Virus record (IMG/VR): IMGVR_UViG_3300045988_168112 | Reading direction: 5' to 3' (one strand) | DNA length: 64,000 nt | Source: a virus | Part shown: piece by piece, positions 28,676-37,180 of the stretch | How positions within the stretch are numbered: position 1 is the first letter of the stretch | Layout of the letters: each line of letters starts with the position of its first letter | Made by a program: the position numbers and the translations under genes | The notes under the pieces: model-generated | What the model saw: only the letters and a program-made list of their open reading frames with translations | Databases searched by the model: none | Told to the model about the DNA's origin: nothing

Positions 28676-31285
28676 TTACACCATTTCGACAACAATTGAA
28701 TTAAGTCCTTTAGCAAGAACTTTGAATTTACTGAATCTCTGTGTCAAGTATTCATATTCATCAACTGTATTATTGATATTCGCAACTTTATCTCCTTTCT
28801 TAGCCAATAGTGTTATTTGGAAGTCACTTCCAAACAAAGATAGTTGTTTTAATGAAAACGAACTAAAACTCTTATCTTCTATAACAGAACCAACTTCAGC
28901 GTTCAATAATTCATTTAGGCTATTCATATCTCTTGCTTCTAATCTTCTATACAGAACTAAATTTTCTTTGCAAGGATTTTTATCTATTGCTTCAGCAATT
29001 AATTGAGCCATTAAAGCAATTCCTGTTCCACCACCTTTACCGTAATTATAATCTCGAATAGCTTCATAATCAGTACCCATATATCTTTTTAAAGCTTTAT
29101 ATTGAGTCTTAGTAACTTTTAACTTTTTACCTTGTTTTTCATAATAATCTATCATTTCACCTTCATCTTCGAGAGTATGACCTGTAAAATGTTTATACTT
29201 CACACCATTCCATTCTGAATATAAAACACCATTAGCTACTGGAAGATAACCTGAATCAATAAGTACTTTGTTTACTTCAGCTCTTTGTGTTGATTCTAAA
29301 TAAGGATATTTACTAAGGATTTCTTCAAAATCTTCATCTTCAATATAATTTTTAAACCTTTTCTCAATATTTTCATCGATAGTAACTGAATCAAGTACTT
29401 TCCCAAATCTTTCTTTTTGTTCTTTATCTAAAGTATCGTTTTGAGAATTCCTTTTCTTCAAGAATTCTTTGAATTCTTTCTCAGCTTCAAACTTCACATC
29501 GTTCTTTTCTTCTTTAGTATCTAATTTTTTTAGATTATCTTTCAAAGCAAAAACACCTTGATGTTTCGGCCAAGACATAGATTTATTGTTACTCAAATCT
29601 TCCAATAAATACTCTCCTTTATCTTCGTCTCGAGAAAATCTATAATCTACACCATTTTCAGTAAATTCAACTGCCTTACCTTCATCTAACTTCTGTAAAA
29701 TCTTACCATACAGTATCATACCAGCTTGTGACTTTATAGAATCCATTTTAACTACTGGTTTATCAATTTTATCTTTCTTCTCTTCAACTTTCGTTGATTC
29801 TGGTTTCTTAGCTTCTACTGCAAGTTCTGATTTAGATTCTTCTTTTTTAAGAGTCTTTTCAAATTCCTCCTTCACCCGTTTCTTGAATTCATTGAGAGGT
29901 TCATTTGGCTTAGATTCCATATAGAAGGAACCTTTCTTAGCTTTATATTTATCCTCTCCCTTCATATTAAGAACAATTGTCTGACCATCAACCTTAACAT
30001 AGGTTTGAGTGATTTTCTTGAAACCATTCATTTCATTGAGTTTCTTATCGATACTATCAGAAATATCTTGCTTCAATTTATCCAACTTAGAATCAAGTGT
30101 CTTCTCATCTATAGGTTTAGTTTCTTTCGCCTCTTTATTCTTAGCTATCTTTTCTTTGATTTTATTAATTACAGACAAATCTAAATCAAGTTCACCTTTT
30201 TCTTGAGCATCAAGAATACGTTGAAGAGCTGATGTAATACCAAGCTCATTCGCAGATTTATCATCTGACACTTTACCTTTACGATTCTCAATTTCCTTTT
30301 GAGCTGCCTGCTTGACTTCAAGAGAAGCATCTTTATCATTGATTGCAGCTTGTAACTGTTCATCACTTGCTTTAGATGCGTGTTGAGAGTAATCAACTTT
30401 TGCAGTTTTAGCTTCAGATTGTTGTTCATCTTTTTTTGAAGATTTTCCTTTTCCTTTAGGTCTCCAACCGTTAGCAGTTTTCACATATACCTTACCTCCC
30501 CACGTCTTTTCTGTACCAATAGGGGATGATTTCTTAGCTTTCTCTATAATTTCGTCCATAAGTTGTTGTTCAATATTTAGATTTGTTGTATCTTTAGGAA
30601 CAGAAAGAGCGTTGGAGCTTATTAAGGGATTGAGCCTTGCCGAGTCCATATCATTAGAACTATCAGGTCCATCGAGTATAGTCAAGCTCTTTTTAATTTT
30701 ATCTTCAATCTTAATATCTTTATTGTAAGATGTTAATACCCAAAGTTTTTCTCTAAAATTATCATCTTCATCATAAACTACAGACTTTGTAAGTGTCACT
30801 TTCCATTCTCCTTTATAGATATTTACTTTCATCCCGTTTTCATAGAATTTCCCTATTTGCCCATTTTTCAATATATCTGAAATCCTATCTGCTATATCTT
30901 CATAAGATTTAAAATCATTTTGTTCTATAAAATGACGTTTTCTTATATGACGAAGACCTTTTCTTTCATCTCCCCAAATTATATCTATCTTACCAAGTCC
31001 TTCTCTTTCTATAGCTCCAATCACTTGACCGTTTCTTTCTTTCAAAAGAAAATCAATAGCTTCTTTAGGTTTACCTGCATATTTAAAATAATTCCGACCA
31101 AAAACTTTTAATTCGTCTTTAGCATATCGCTCTTTACTTACCTTTTGTCCTTTTACTACTCGCCAACTTCCATCGGCTTGTTTCTGATATTTTACATTCT
31201 TCCATATCCTAATTTCACCAACTACGGCTTTTGCTTTCATTAATTCATTAAAATCTTCTTGATTCTTTATTGTTTGCATCATCAA
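28676..31285 (-). CDS. Polyvalent protein: N-terminal PBECR-like nuclease domain, coiled-coil middle, C-terminal R-S-ExE ADP-ribosyltransferase
   Basis: C-terminus: YKALKRYMGTDYEAIRDYNYGK, LVLYRRL (Arg), KSFSSFS (STS) and VDEYEYL (ExE), the VIP2/C3/Alt-type ART pattern. N-terminus: IIWGDERKGLRHIRKRHF, typical of the Barnase-EndoU-ColicinE5/D-RelE-like phage domains. Confidence 0.8.
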   Translation of the reverse strand: MMMQTIKNQEDFNELMKAKAVVGEIRIWKNVKYQKQADGSWRVVKGQKVSKERYAKDELKVFGRNYFKYAGKPKEAIDFLLKERNGQVIGAIEREGLGKIDIIWGDERKGLRHIRKRHFIEQNDFKSYEDIADRISDILKNGQIGKFYENGMKVNIYKGEWKVTLTKSVVYDEDDNFREKLWVLTSYNKDIKIEDKIKKSLTILDGPDSSNDMDSARLNPLISSNALSVPKDTTNLNIEQQLMDEIIEKAKKSSPIGTEKTWGGKVYVKTANGWRPKGKGKSSKKDEQQSEAKTAKVDYSQHASKASDEQLQAAINDKDASLEVKQAAQKEIENRKGKVSDDKSANELGITSALQRILDAQEKGELDLDLSVINKIKEKIAKNKEAKETKPIDEKTLDSKLDKLKQDISDSIDKKLNEMNGFKKITQTYVKVDGQTIVLNMKGEDKYKAKKGSFYMESKPNEPLNEFKKRVKEEFEKTLKKEESKSELAVEAKKPESTKVEEKKDKIDKPVVKMDSIKSQAGMILYGKILQKLDEGKAVEFTENGVDYRFSRDEDKGEYLLEDLSNNKSMSWPKHQGVFALKDNLKKLDTKEEKNDVKFEAEKEFKEFLKKRNSQNDTLDKEQKERFGKVLDSVTIDENIEKRFKNYIEDEDFEEILSKYPYLESTQRAEVNKVLIDSGYLPVANGVLYSEWNGVKYKHFTGHTLEDEGEMIDYYEKQGKKLKVTKTQYKALKRYMGTDYEAIRDYNYGKGGGTGIALMAQLIAEAIDKNPCKENLVLYRRLEARDMNSLNELLNAEVGSVIEDKSFSSFSLKQLSLFGSDFQITLLAKKGDKVANINNTVDEYEYLTQRFSKFKVLAKGLNSIVVEMV

Positions 31286-31297
31286 TTGTTTTTATTA

Positions 31298-31363
31298 AAT
31301 AGTCTTGAATTATTGTCCTCAGCAAAGTCTACCCCGCAGTCCAATAATATTCAAGACTATTTC
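31298..31363 (-). other. Long imperfect hairpin in the Nudix-ART intergenic gap
   Basis: AAATAGTCTTGAAT (31298-31311) pairs with ATTCAAGACTATTT (31350-31363). An inner TATTG/CAATA extension and a relatively GC-rich loop follow. Confidence 0.5.
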
Positions 31364-31372
31364 AACGAATTC

Positions 31373-33232
31373 TTAATGTAACTGCAAACGATACTTCGTC
31401 TGTTTGAGTGTTGCCATAAAATCTTCAACCCAAGACTTTTCACCTGCATAATTTTGCTTGTCTTCGAGTTTAGAATAGAATTCTTTTGTCCTATCAATAA
31501 TCAGATTGATAAGTCCTATCGGGTCATCAACTTCAATTTCTTCACCGTTGATTTCACCTTCTTTGAATCGTCCGAATTCTGACTGTCCTGCTTCCATTAT
31601 CTTATCTTCATAATCTGAAAGTTCCTCTATCAAATCATCGAGATATTGATGTTTAGCATTATCTTCTTCACTCCAATGGATATTCTTTGATTTCGTCTTC
31701 ACGCCTTCAATGAAATTAGCAAAATCAGCAAACACTCTGTACATCTCATCTTTTGCTTTTAGAATCTCAGAACCATCATCTAAAGAAACGTTACTGTTTA
31801 TCTCTTTACGAATATCATCTATACCCCAAGATTTCTCTATTTCTTCATCAGAAACAAGAATCTTGTTTATATCGAGTTTTCCTTCGTTTTTCATCTCATT
31901 CAGTAAAGATTTGAACATATCAGCTTGGTCGAGGTCATTGAAGTCAATTAACATTCTAAAACCTGTTGGTTCTTCAGTTTCAATCTCAATAGATTTTTCT
32001 ATACCATCACCTTCAGGTTCTTTTGTTTCTTTATCTAAATCTTCTTTACATAAAGCATTAACACTATTACAATCTATAGTCTTTTCAACATTCTCTTTTT
32101 CTTTCCAATCCTCAGGAAGTTCATTCTCAAGACCCAGCTCTTTAGCACGTTTCTTAATCCATGCTTTCACCTTTTCTTTCGGCATATCAGAAGCGCCGGA
32201 CAACTTAATAGCATCTTTCAAATCCTGACTATTCCTTATAGGATATTTCCCGTTCGGCATTGCCTCGCCTTTCTTTGCAAGGTCTTTTCTTTCTGTATGT
32301 GAAAAATAGGTTTTATTATTTGCCTTTTTGATATCTTCTGGACATGATTTACAAACATCGCCGAAGACTTTTTCTGAAATATCACCATTCAAAAATGACT
32401 TCATAATCTTCAAGACTTTATTTTCAGATACTTCAAGTCCTAAAATTCGTTTGATATTATCTTTCATATCAAAAATGAAATCATAATCATCTAACTCTGT
32501 AGATGGATTAATCCAAGCAGAACCAATTTCTTCTTCACTATCAAGCAACAATGAAGCTGGAGCTTCACTATCAATATGACCTATAAAATAATGAATTTCA
32601 AAATCTTTACCTGTCGCGATTCCAACTGGATAAAGCAAATCTTCAGGAACATCTAATCCAGTCTCTTCAAATAATTCTCTATGAGCTGCTTCACGCCATT
32701 CTTCTCCTGCATCTACATGACCTCCAGGAATACACCATTCAGTAGTACTTTCACCCATATCACCAACTCTCTGTAGGATAAGAAGTTTGTCCCCTCTAAA
32801 TAAAAGCACATCTGCATATTTCACTTTACCAATCTTCGCTTTGATAATGTCATTGTAAATAGACTTTGAAATTACACCAGATTTACACAATCCTTTAGCT
32901 TCAAAGAGGTCTTTCATATCTACAAGTGCTTCTGCAATTTCAGTATCATCTTCTAATAATTTTATAGACTTTTCTATAGAAGTCTTTTCTTTTTGGATAC
33001 TTGCAACATGTTTCGTATGTTCCTTCAAAAAAGAATCGTATCTTTTCAAAGCATCTTCTTTCTCTTCTGCATCTAAAGTGGAGATACTTTTAATAATACT
33101 ATTCTGTTGTGCAAACTCATCTGCAAGATTATCTATCTCTTTATTGATATCTTGAGATTTTTGAAGAAGTTTTCTGTACTGATTGATTTTTTCTTCTTTT
33201 GAACGAAAACCAAATAATTTCTTTATATTCAT
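31373..33232 (-). CDS. Multidomain protein: coiled coil, Nudix hydrolase, C-terminal Dps/ferritin-like region (tentative)
   Basis: Perfect Nudix box GHVDAGEEWREAAHRELFEETGL (G-x5-E-x7-REUxEExGU). The C-terminal KNIHWSEEDNAKHQYLDDLIEELSDYEDKIMEAGQSEFG...GEKSWVEDFMATLKQTKYRL resembles Dps helices. Confidence 0.7.
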   Translation of the reverse strand: MNIKKLFGFRSKEEKINQYRKLLQKSQDINKEIDNLADEFAQQNSIIKSISTLDAEEKEDALKRYDSFLKEHTKHVASIQKEKTSIEKSIKLLEDDTEIAEALVDMKDLFEAKGLCKSGVISKSIYNDIIKAKIGKVKYADVLLFRGDKLLILQRVGDMGESTTEWCIPGGHVDAGEEWREAAHRELFEETGLDVPEDLLYPVGIATGKDFEIHYFIGHIDSEAPASLLLDSEEEIGSAWINPSTELDDYDFIFDMKDNIKRILGLEVSENKVLKIMKSFLNGDISEKVFGDVCKSCPEDIKKANNKTYFSHTERKDLAKKGEAMPNGKYPIRNSQDLKDAIKLSGASDMPKEKVKAWIKKRAKELGLENELPEDWKEKENVEKTIDCNSVNALCKEDLDKETKEPEGDGIEKSIEIETEEPTGFRMLIDFNDLDQADMFKSLLNEMKNEGKLDINKILVSDEEIEKSWGIDDIRKEINSNVSLDDGSEILKAKDEMYRVFADFANFIEGVKTKSKNIHWSEEDNAKHQYLDDLIEELSDYEDKIMEAGQSEFGRFKEGEINGEEIEVDDPIGLINLIIDRTKEFYSKLEDKQNYAGEKSWVEDFMATLKQTKYRLQLH

Positions 33233-33250
33233 AGCTTTATAATTTTTGTC

Positions 33251-33259
33251 CTAAATATA
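33251..33259 (-). promoter_or_regulatory. Candidate -7 box (TATATTTAG) before the Nudix gene
   Basis: Coding strand reads GAATTCGTATATTTAGGAC, 19 nt before ATG 33232. It shares AATTCGTAT-TTTAGG with the 11027 site. No TTG at -33. Confidence 0.3.
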
Positions 33260-33269
33260 CGAATTCTAT

Positions 33270-33704
33270 TTATGAAATATCACTCTTGATACGAATATCT
33301 TCAACGTAATAAAAATCACGTTCACCTATATAGACATTATAAAAGAATCTGTTCACAGTTTCAAGTTTCTCAATACGGTCAACTATATAACTATTCTTTC
33401 TACCCTCAAGTATCATTCCTGGTTTTAATTTAGAGGTTTTTGTAAGTGAACAAGTCTTTTTGTTTGAATCTATAACATAAAGTAACTGTTCTCCTGATAT
33501 TCTATCTAAAACTACTTCTTCATCAGCATGACAATATACGTTATAGACAGATTCATTAAAACGCGCAGCTCTTTTATAAAGAGCTTCTAATTTTGCAAAT
33601 CCATTTTTGTTCACAATCAAATCACCAATTTTCAAATCTTTGATAAACTTAGGTCCTTCGAATGTCTTCACTTCGACGAAACTTGAATTAAAACCACCTT
33701 TCAT
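33270..33704 (-). CDS. Hint (hedgehog/intein)-like domain protein, degenerate (tentative)
   Basis: SFVEVKTFEGPKFIKDLKIGDLIV...VYNVYCHADEEVVL...KLKPGMILEG...FFYNVYIGERDFYYVEDIRIK follows the Hint block order. It lacks the TxxH and terminal HN residues. Confidence 0.4.
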   Translation of the reverse strand: MKGGFNSSFVEVKTFEGPKFIKDLKIGDLIVNKNGFAKLEALYKRAARFNESVYNVYCHADEEVVLDRISGEQLLYVIDSNKKTCSLTKTSKLKPGMILEGRKNSYIVDRIEKLETVNRFFYNVYIGERDFYYVEDIRIKSDIS

Positions 33705-33706
33705 AT

Positions 33707-34306
33707 TTATTCATGTATTATTGTTTTTAATACTCCACCAAAATCTTGGATAACATATTCTATAGGTGCTATCAGATTATAAAGAGTTCCTTTGTATGTA
33801 GTTTCTTTAATATCTTTAACAATAAGTTTTCTTACACCAAAATGACTTTTAGATGTATCTTCAAAACTTTTTACATACTCTTCAATCGATAATTTTCGTT
33901 CCTCACTATCTGACCTTAAAGATGAACCTGATATTCTATTCAAACACTCACCTTCAGTCATCTCACTTAAAAGTTTTTCATCTAAAATAGGTAAACAACA
34001 TTTTTGAGAATATTTACCAATAAATAATTTTTGACCTTCACAAATTGAAATCTCTCCAGCTTCACTTTCAAAGATTAAAGTAAATATCTTACCATTATAA
34101 TCTCCTATATTGATTCTTGCTGGCATATATCTAAAACTAAAGGTAGGAATATGAAGCATCTTAACAAAATCAATTCCATTCTTATTAAGGTCACTGATTT
34201 TGATGAATTCATCTTCAAACCTCTCTTCTTTAAGTCTACTATCTTCGTAAGTTTCAACCTTCTTTCTCAAGACTTGTACTAACACATCTCCTTTGTATCC
34301 TATCAT
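33707..34306 (-). CDS. Hint-like domain protein (tentative)
   Basis: EISICEGQKLFIG...GTLYNLIAPIEYVIQDFGGVLKTIIHE resembles Hint blocks B, F and G. The start overlaps the MuF stop codon (ATGA). Confidence 0.35.
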   Translation of the reverse strand: MIGYKGDVLVQVLRKKVETYEDSRLKEERFEDEFIKISDLNKNGIDFVKMLHIPTFSFRYMPARINIGDYNGKIFTLIFESEAGEISICEGQKLFIGKYSQKCCLPILDEKLLSEMTEGECLNRISGSSLRSDSEERKLSIEEYVKSFEDTSKSHFGVRKLIVKDIKETTYKGTLYNLIAPIEYVIQDFGGVLKTIIHE

Positions 34307-35253
34307 ACTATAAACTCTTTATTGCCGACTGTTATTTTAACTTTACTTCTTCTCTCAACTTTTCTATCAAAATGTTTGACTGGTTCAAATGATTGTGTTT
34401 CGTCATTCCAAACATATGATTTCGGGATATAACGCATATTACACCTACAAAATGGGTGAATTGGTCCAAGAGTTGGTTTCCAATCTTTTGACTTTAAACC
34501 TATATTGTCACCATTCGCTATTAGGTCAATCAACTTGAATATTCTTGGCTTCGTACCTACACCTCCAGTTGTATAGAGTTGTTGACAATATTTACACGCA
34601 CCAGGGTACACTTGTTTATATACCAATGCTTCTGCACCATGTTCATTCATTATCTGTTGTGCTACACCTATTTGATAGACGTATTGCATTTCAGTCTCGA
34701 CTATTCTGCCCCAATCTCTATTCCAATCGTCCAACGAATGTCCTATACTACTGATAATAGATTGGATTGATTTCTTTTTCAAAGTTCCTTCAATTATTTC
34801 CTTCTTAATGGTGGTTAATTCAAGTTGTCTTTGAATTTCTGCTATTAACTTAACCTCCTCTTCAGATATAGAATTTGAAAGAATATCCCGCATTCTTTTC
34901 CCCATTGTCTTTATATAGGAGTAAGTTCGGGTCGCTGCAGCATCGTACATTGCTTTTTCTGAAGCTGTCAATGCCTTATACTGCTTCTTGTCTATGTAAG
35001 ACAAAAGGTCAGTATAATCCAATGTCCTTAATTGACTTGGAGTCAATTGTCCTGATAATCTACCAAAAAGGTATGATTGATAATATGGAGGCAATTTCTT
35101 CAATTCATCCTTCCATTTATAACCATACCTTTTTAATAACTCCTTGTCTTCAGAAGATAATTTACTCTCACCAAGAACATCTGCAACAATTCTTGCAAGT
35201 CGATAATCTATAATATCGAATAACCTCTGTATTTCATCAGGAGTGAAAATCAT
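34303..35253 (-). CDS. Head morphogenesis protein, MuF / SPP1 gp7 family
   Basis: Diagnostic C-terminal LGPIHPFCRCNMRYIP (H-P-x-C-R-C). Lies downstream of the portal gene. Confidence 0.8.
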   Translation of the reverse strand: MIFTPDEIQRLFDIIDYRLARIVADVLGESKLSSEDKELLKRYGYKWKDELKKLPPYYQSYLFGRLSGQLTPSQLRTLDYTDLLSYIDKKQYKALTASEKAMYDAAATRTYSYIKTMGKRMRDILSNSISEEEVKLIAEIQRQLELTTIKKEIIEGTLKKKSIQSIISSIGHSLDDWNRDWGRIVETEMQYVYQIGVAQQIMNEHGAEALVYKQVYPGACKYCQQLYTTGGVGTKPRIFKLIDLIANGDNIGLKSKDWKPTLGPIHPFCRCNMRYIPKSYVWNDETQSFEPVKHFDRKVERRSKVKITVGNKEFIV

Positions 35254-35453
35254 TGTTTTGCAATTTTAGTCATTTCCTTGGTCAAATCTATCATCATATT
35301 ATTGACCTGAGTTGAAAACATAACTTGTGCCAATCCTTCATATCCACATTGGACTTTCGGATAACGAATAGGGTCCTTTGTATGATATATAACATTCGAC
35401 TTTTTAGCCATCTGTTTGATATCAACTCCATCAACTTTTTTAATCGGCGGCAT
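35250..35453 (-). CDS. Hypothetical protein (67 aa)
   Basis: ORF track. Its start and stop overlap the portal and MuF genes. Confidence 0.5.
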   Translation of the reverse strand: MPPIKKVDGVDIKQMAKKSNVIYHTKDPIRYPKVQCGYEGLAQVMFSTQVNNMMIDLTKEMTKIAKQ

Positions 35454-37168
35454 TACTTGTATAAATTAGTTTTATAATAATTTATCGCTTCTGCAAGTAT
35501 AGGATTATTGTCAAATGATTTATACTTATCAAACGGGTTTTCACTGAATGATTCTTCATCATTTGGAACTCCTGCTTCTTCTGATTCTCCAGGAACAGAC
35601 GCTCCATACATCTGCTGCTGTTGTTCAGCTTGCTTTGCAGTCTGATAAACTTGATTGATAATGATATCGTTTTCTGGGTCAAGTGGTCTTCCTGAATACT
35701 TCTGGAATATATCTTGCATTGCAACCATACCTTTTTCAAGTTTCTCAGCATCAAGTTTTACTTGAGCTTCTTCATCTTCAACCTCAATACCAGTAAATGA
35801 AAATTCGAAATCTTCATCAAGCTCACTTACGATATATTTCGTAATCACATTCTCCAGGAATATAAGAATAGGTTTCAAACCTTTCTCTCTACTATGTTGC
35901 AATCTGGCTTTTTGACCATCTTGTCCAAAGATTTGAGCTTGGTCTTTGAATTGGAATCCTAATTCCGTAGGGTCTATTCTATAGACAGAACAACTCATTA
36001 TAACCAAGAATTTCAACCAATCATTGAATTCCATATCACGGTTTCCTTTCTGGAGGTCAATCCATTCCAAATCGATACCATTGATAACCGGTACCCTATG
36101 AGAATTCTCAACTCCCCTCATCGTCTGCATCCATGCCTGACGAAATTCATTCAATGTTGATGGTGAAATATTCGCATTCTTTACATTAATAAAACCTTTT
36201 GGTTGAGAACCTTGTTTGAAAAATAATCCATTATAACTCATTCCCCATAATATCCATGTAATAATCTCTACAAGAGTTTCAAGTTCACTTGTACCATATC
36301 CATTCTTACGAATATTAGAAGTTTTGTTTCTAATACCAAATCCAAGCTCCCATGGATAATATAAAATTGGTTCTTTTGTCATAGGATTACGAATAATCAT
36401 ATCATCCCATACCATACAATATCTTGGTAAATAACCTTTGAACCTGTATCCTTCAAAAGCTTCTCTTTGTCTTGGGTCAACAGTATCAAGAAATCGAATA
36501 AGTGATGCATCAATAGCTCTGAATTTTTTCAATTCCCAATCACGACTCCTGACAACTTCAAATGCCAGTTGGTCCAATGTAAGACTATCGAATGTTATCT
36601 TACGAACGAATTCTTGAAAACTATCCAGATTATCCCACTTCTCATTCCATCCTCCGTTCTCAAGGAATTTCACAATATTCTCTATCTTTCTTTTATCTTC
36701 GTTAGAAAGTTCATCTTCTTTCTCTTCTTTGAAGAGACTTTTCTTTCTTCGGATAGTATATCCTTCTTTTTGTTCATCTTCAGAAAAATGCAGAAAATTT
36801 TGAACTTGCTCAATACGTGTATTAACTATTGCACGAATGATATAAATATCTCCCATTCTCCGAAGAGTAGAAAATGATAGAACTCCCTTTGAATCTTTGA
36901 ATCCTTTACCATTCCCCGCTAAATCATTAGGGTCAAAGAAAACAGATTGTATATGAGGATTCGTCTTATTGATTTCGCCTAAATACAAATTAGCTTTCAA
37001 CAACTCTTCCGTATCATTAGAACTCAAAGCTGATTGAAGTTTACTTTGGAATGCCATAGGGGCTGCTTTTTGTATCGAATCAAGTTCTTCTAAAGAAAGT
37101 CCAGCCAGACTCGATAAAAAGTCTGGCTTTGACTTAATTTGAGAATTTCGTTTATTTCTTTTTCCCAT
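35453..37168 (-). CDS. Portal protein
   Basis: 571 aa. YGTSELE...NGLFFKQGSQPKGFINV...FRQAWMQTMRGVENSHRVPVI...SVYRIDPTELGF follows the Phage_portal pattern. Lies upstream of MuF. Confidence 0.8.
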   Translation of the reverse strand: MGKRNKRNSQIKSKPDFLSSLAGLSLEELDSIQKAAPMAFQSKLQSALSSNDTEELLKANLYLGEINKTNPHIQSVFFDPNDLAGNGKGFKDSKGVLSFSTLRRMGDIYIIRAIVNTRIEQVQNFLHFSEDEQKEGYTIRRKKSLFKEEKEDELSNEDKRKIENIVKFLENGGWNEKWDNLDSFQEFVRKITFDSLTLDQLAFEVVRSRDWELKKFRAIDASLIRFLDTVDPRQREAFEGYRFKGYLPRYCMVWDDMIIRNPMTKEPILYYPWELGFGIRNKTSNIRKNGYGTSELETLVEIITWILWGMSYNGLFFKQGSQPKGFINVKNANISPSTLNEFRQAWMQTMRGVENSHRVPVINGIDLEWIDLQKGNRDMEFNDWLKFLVIMSCSVYRIDPTELGFQFKDQAQIFGQDGQKARLQHSREKGLKPILIFLENVITKYIVSELDEDFEFSFTGIEVEDEEAQVKLDAEKLEKGMVAMQDIFQKYSGRPLDPENDIIINQVYQTAKQAEQQQQMYGASVPGESEEAGVPNDEESFSENPFDKYKSFDNNPILAEAINYYKTNLYK

Positions 37169-37180
37169 CGTCAGATAATT

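Noticed and set aside
17846-37168. Assignment to crAss-like podoviruses, prompted by the BACON repeats and the Bacteroidota promoter type
   Set aside because: The presence of sheath, tube, tape measure and a multi-gene baseplate indicates a contractile-tail phage. No giant virion RNA polymerase-like gene is present.
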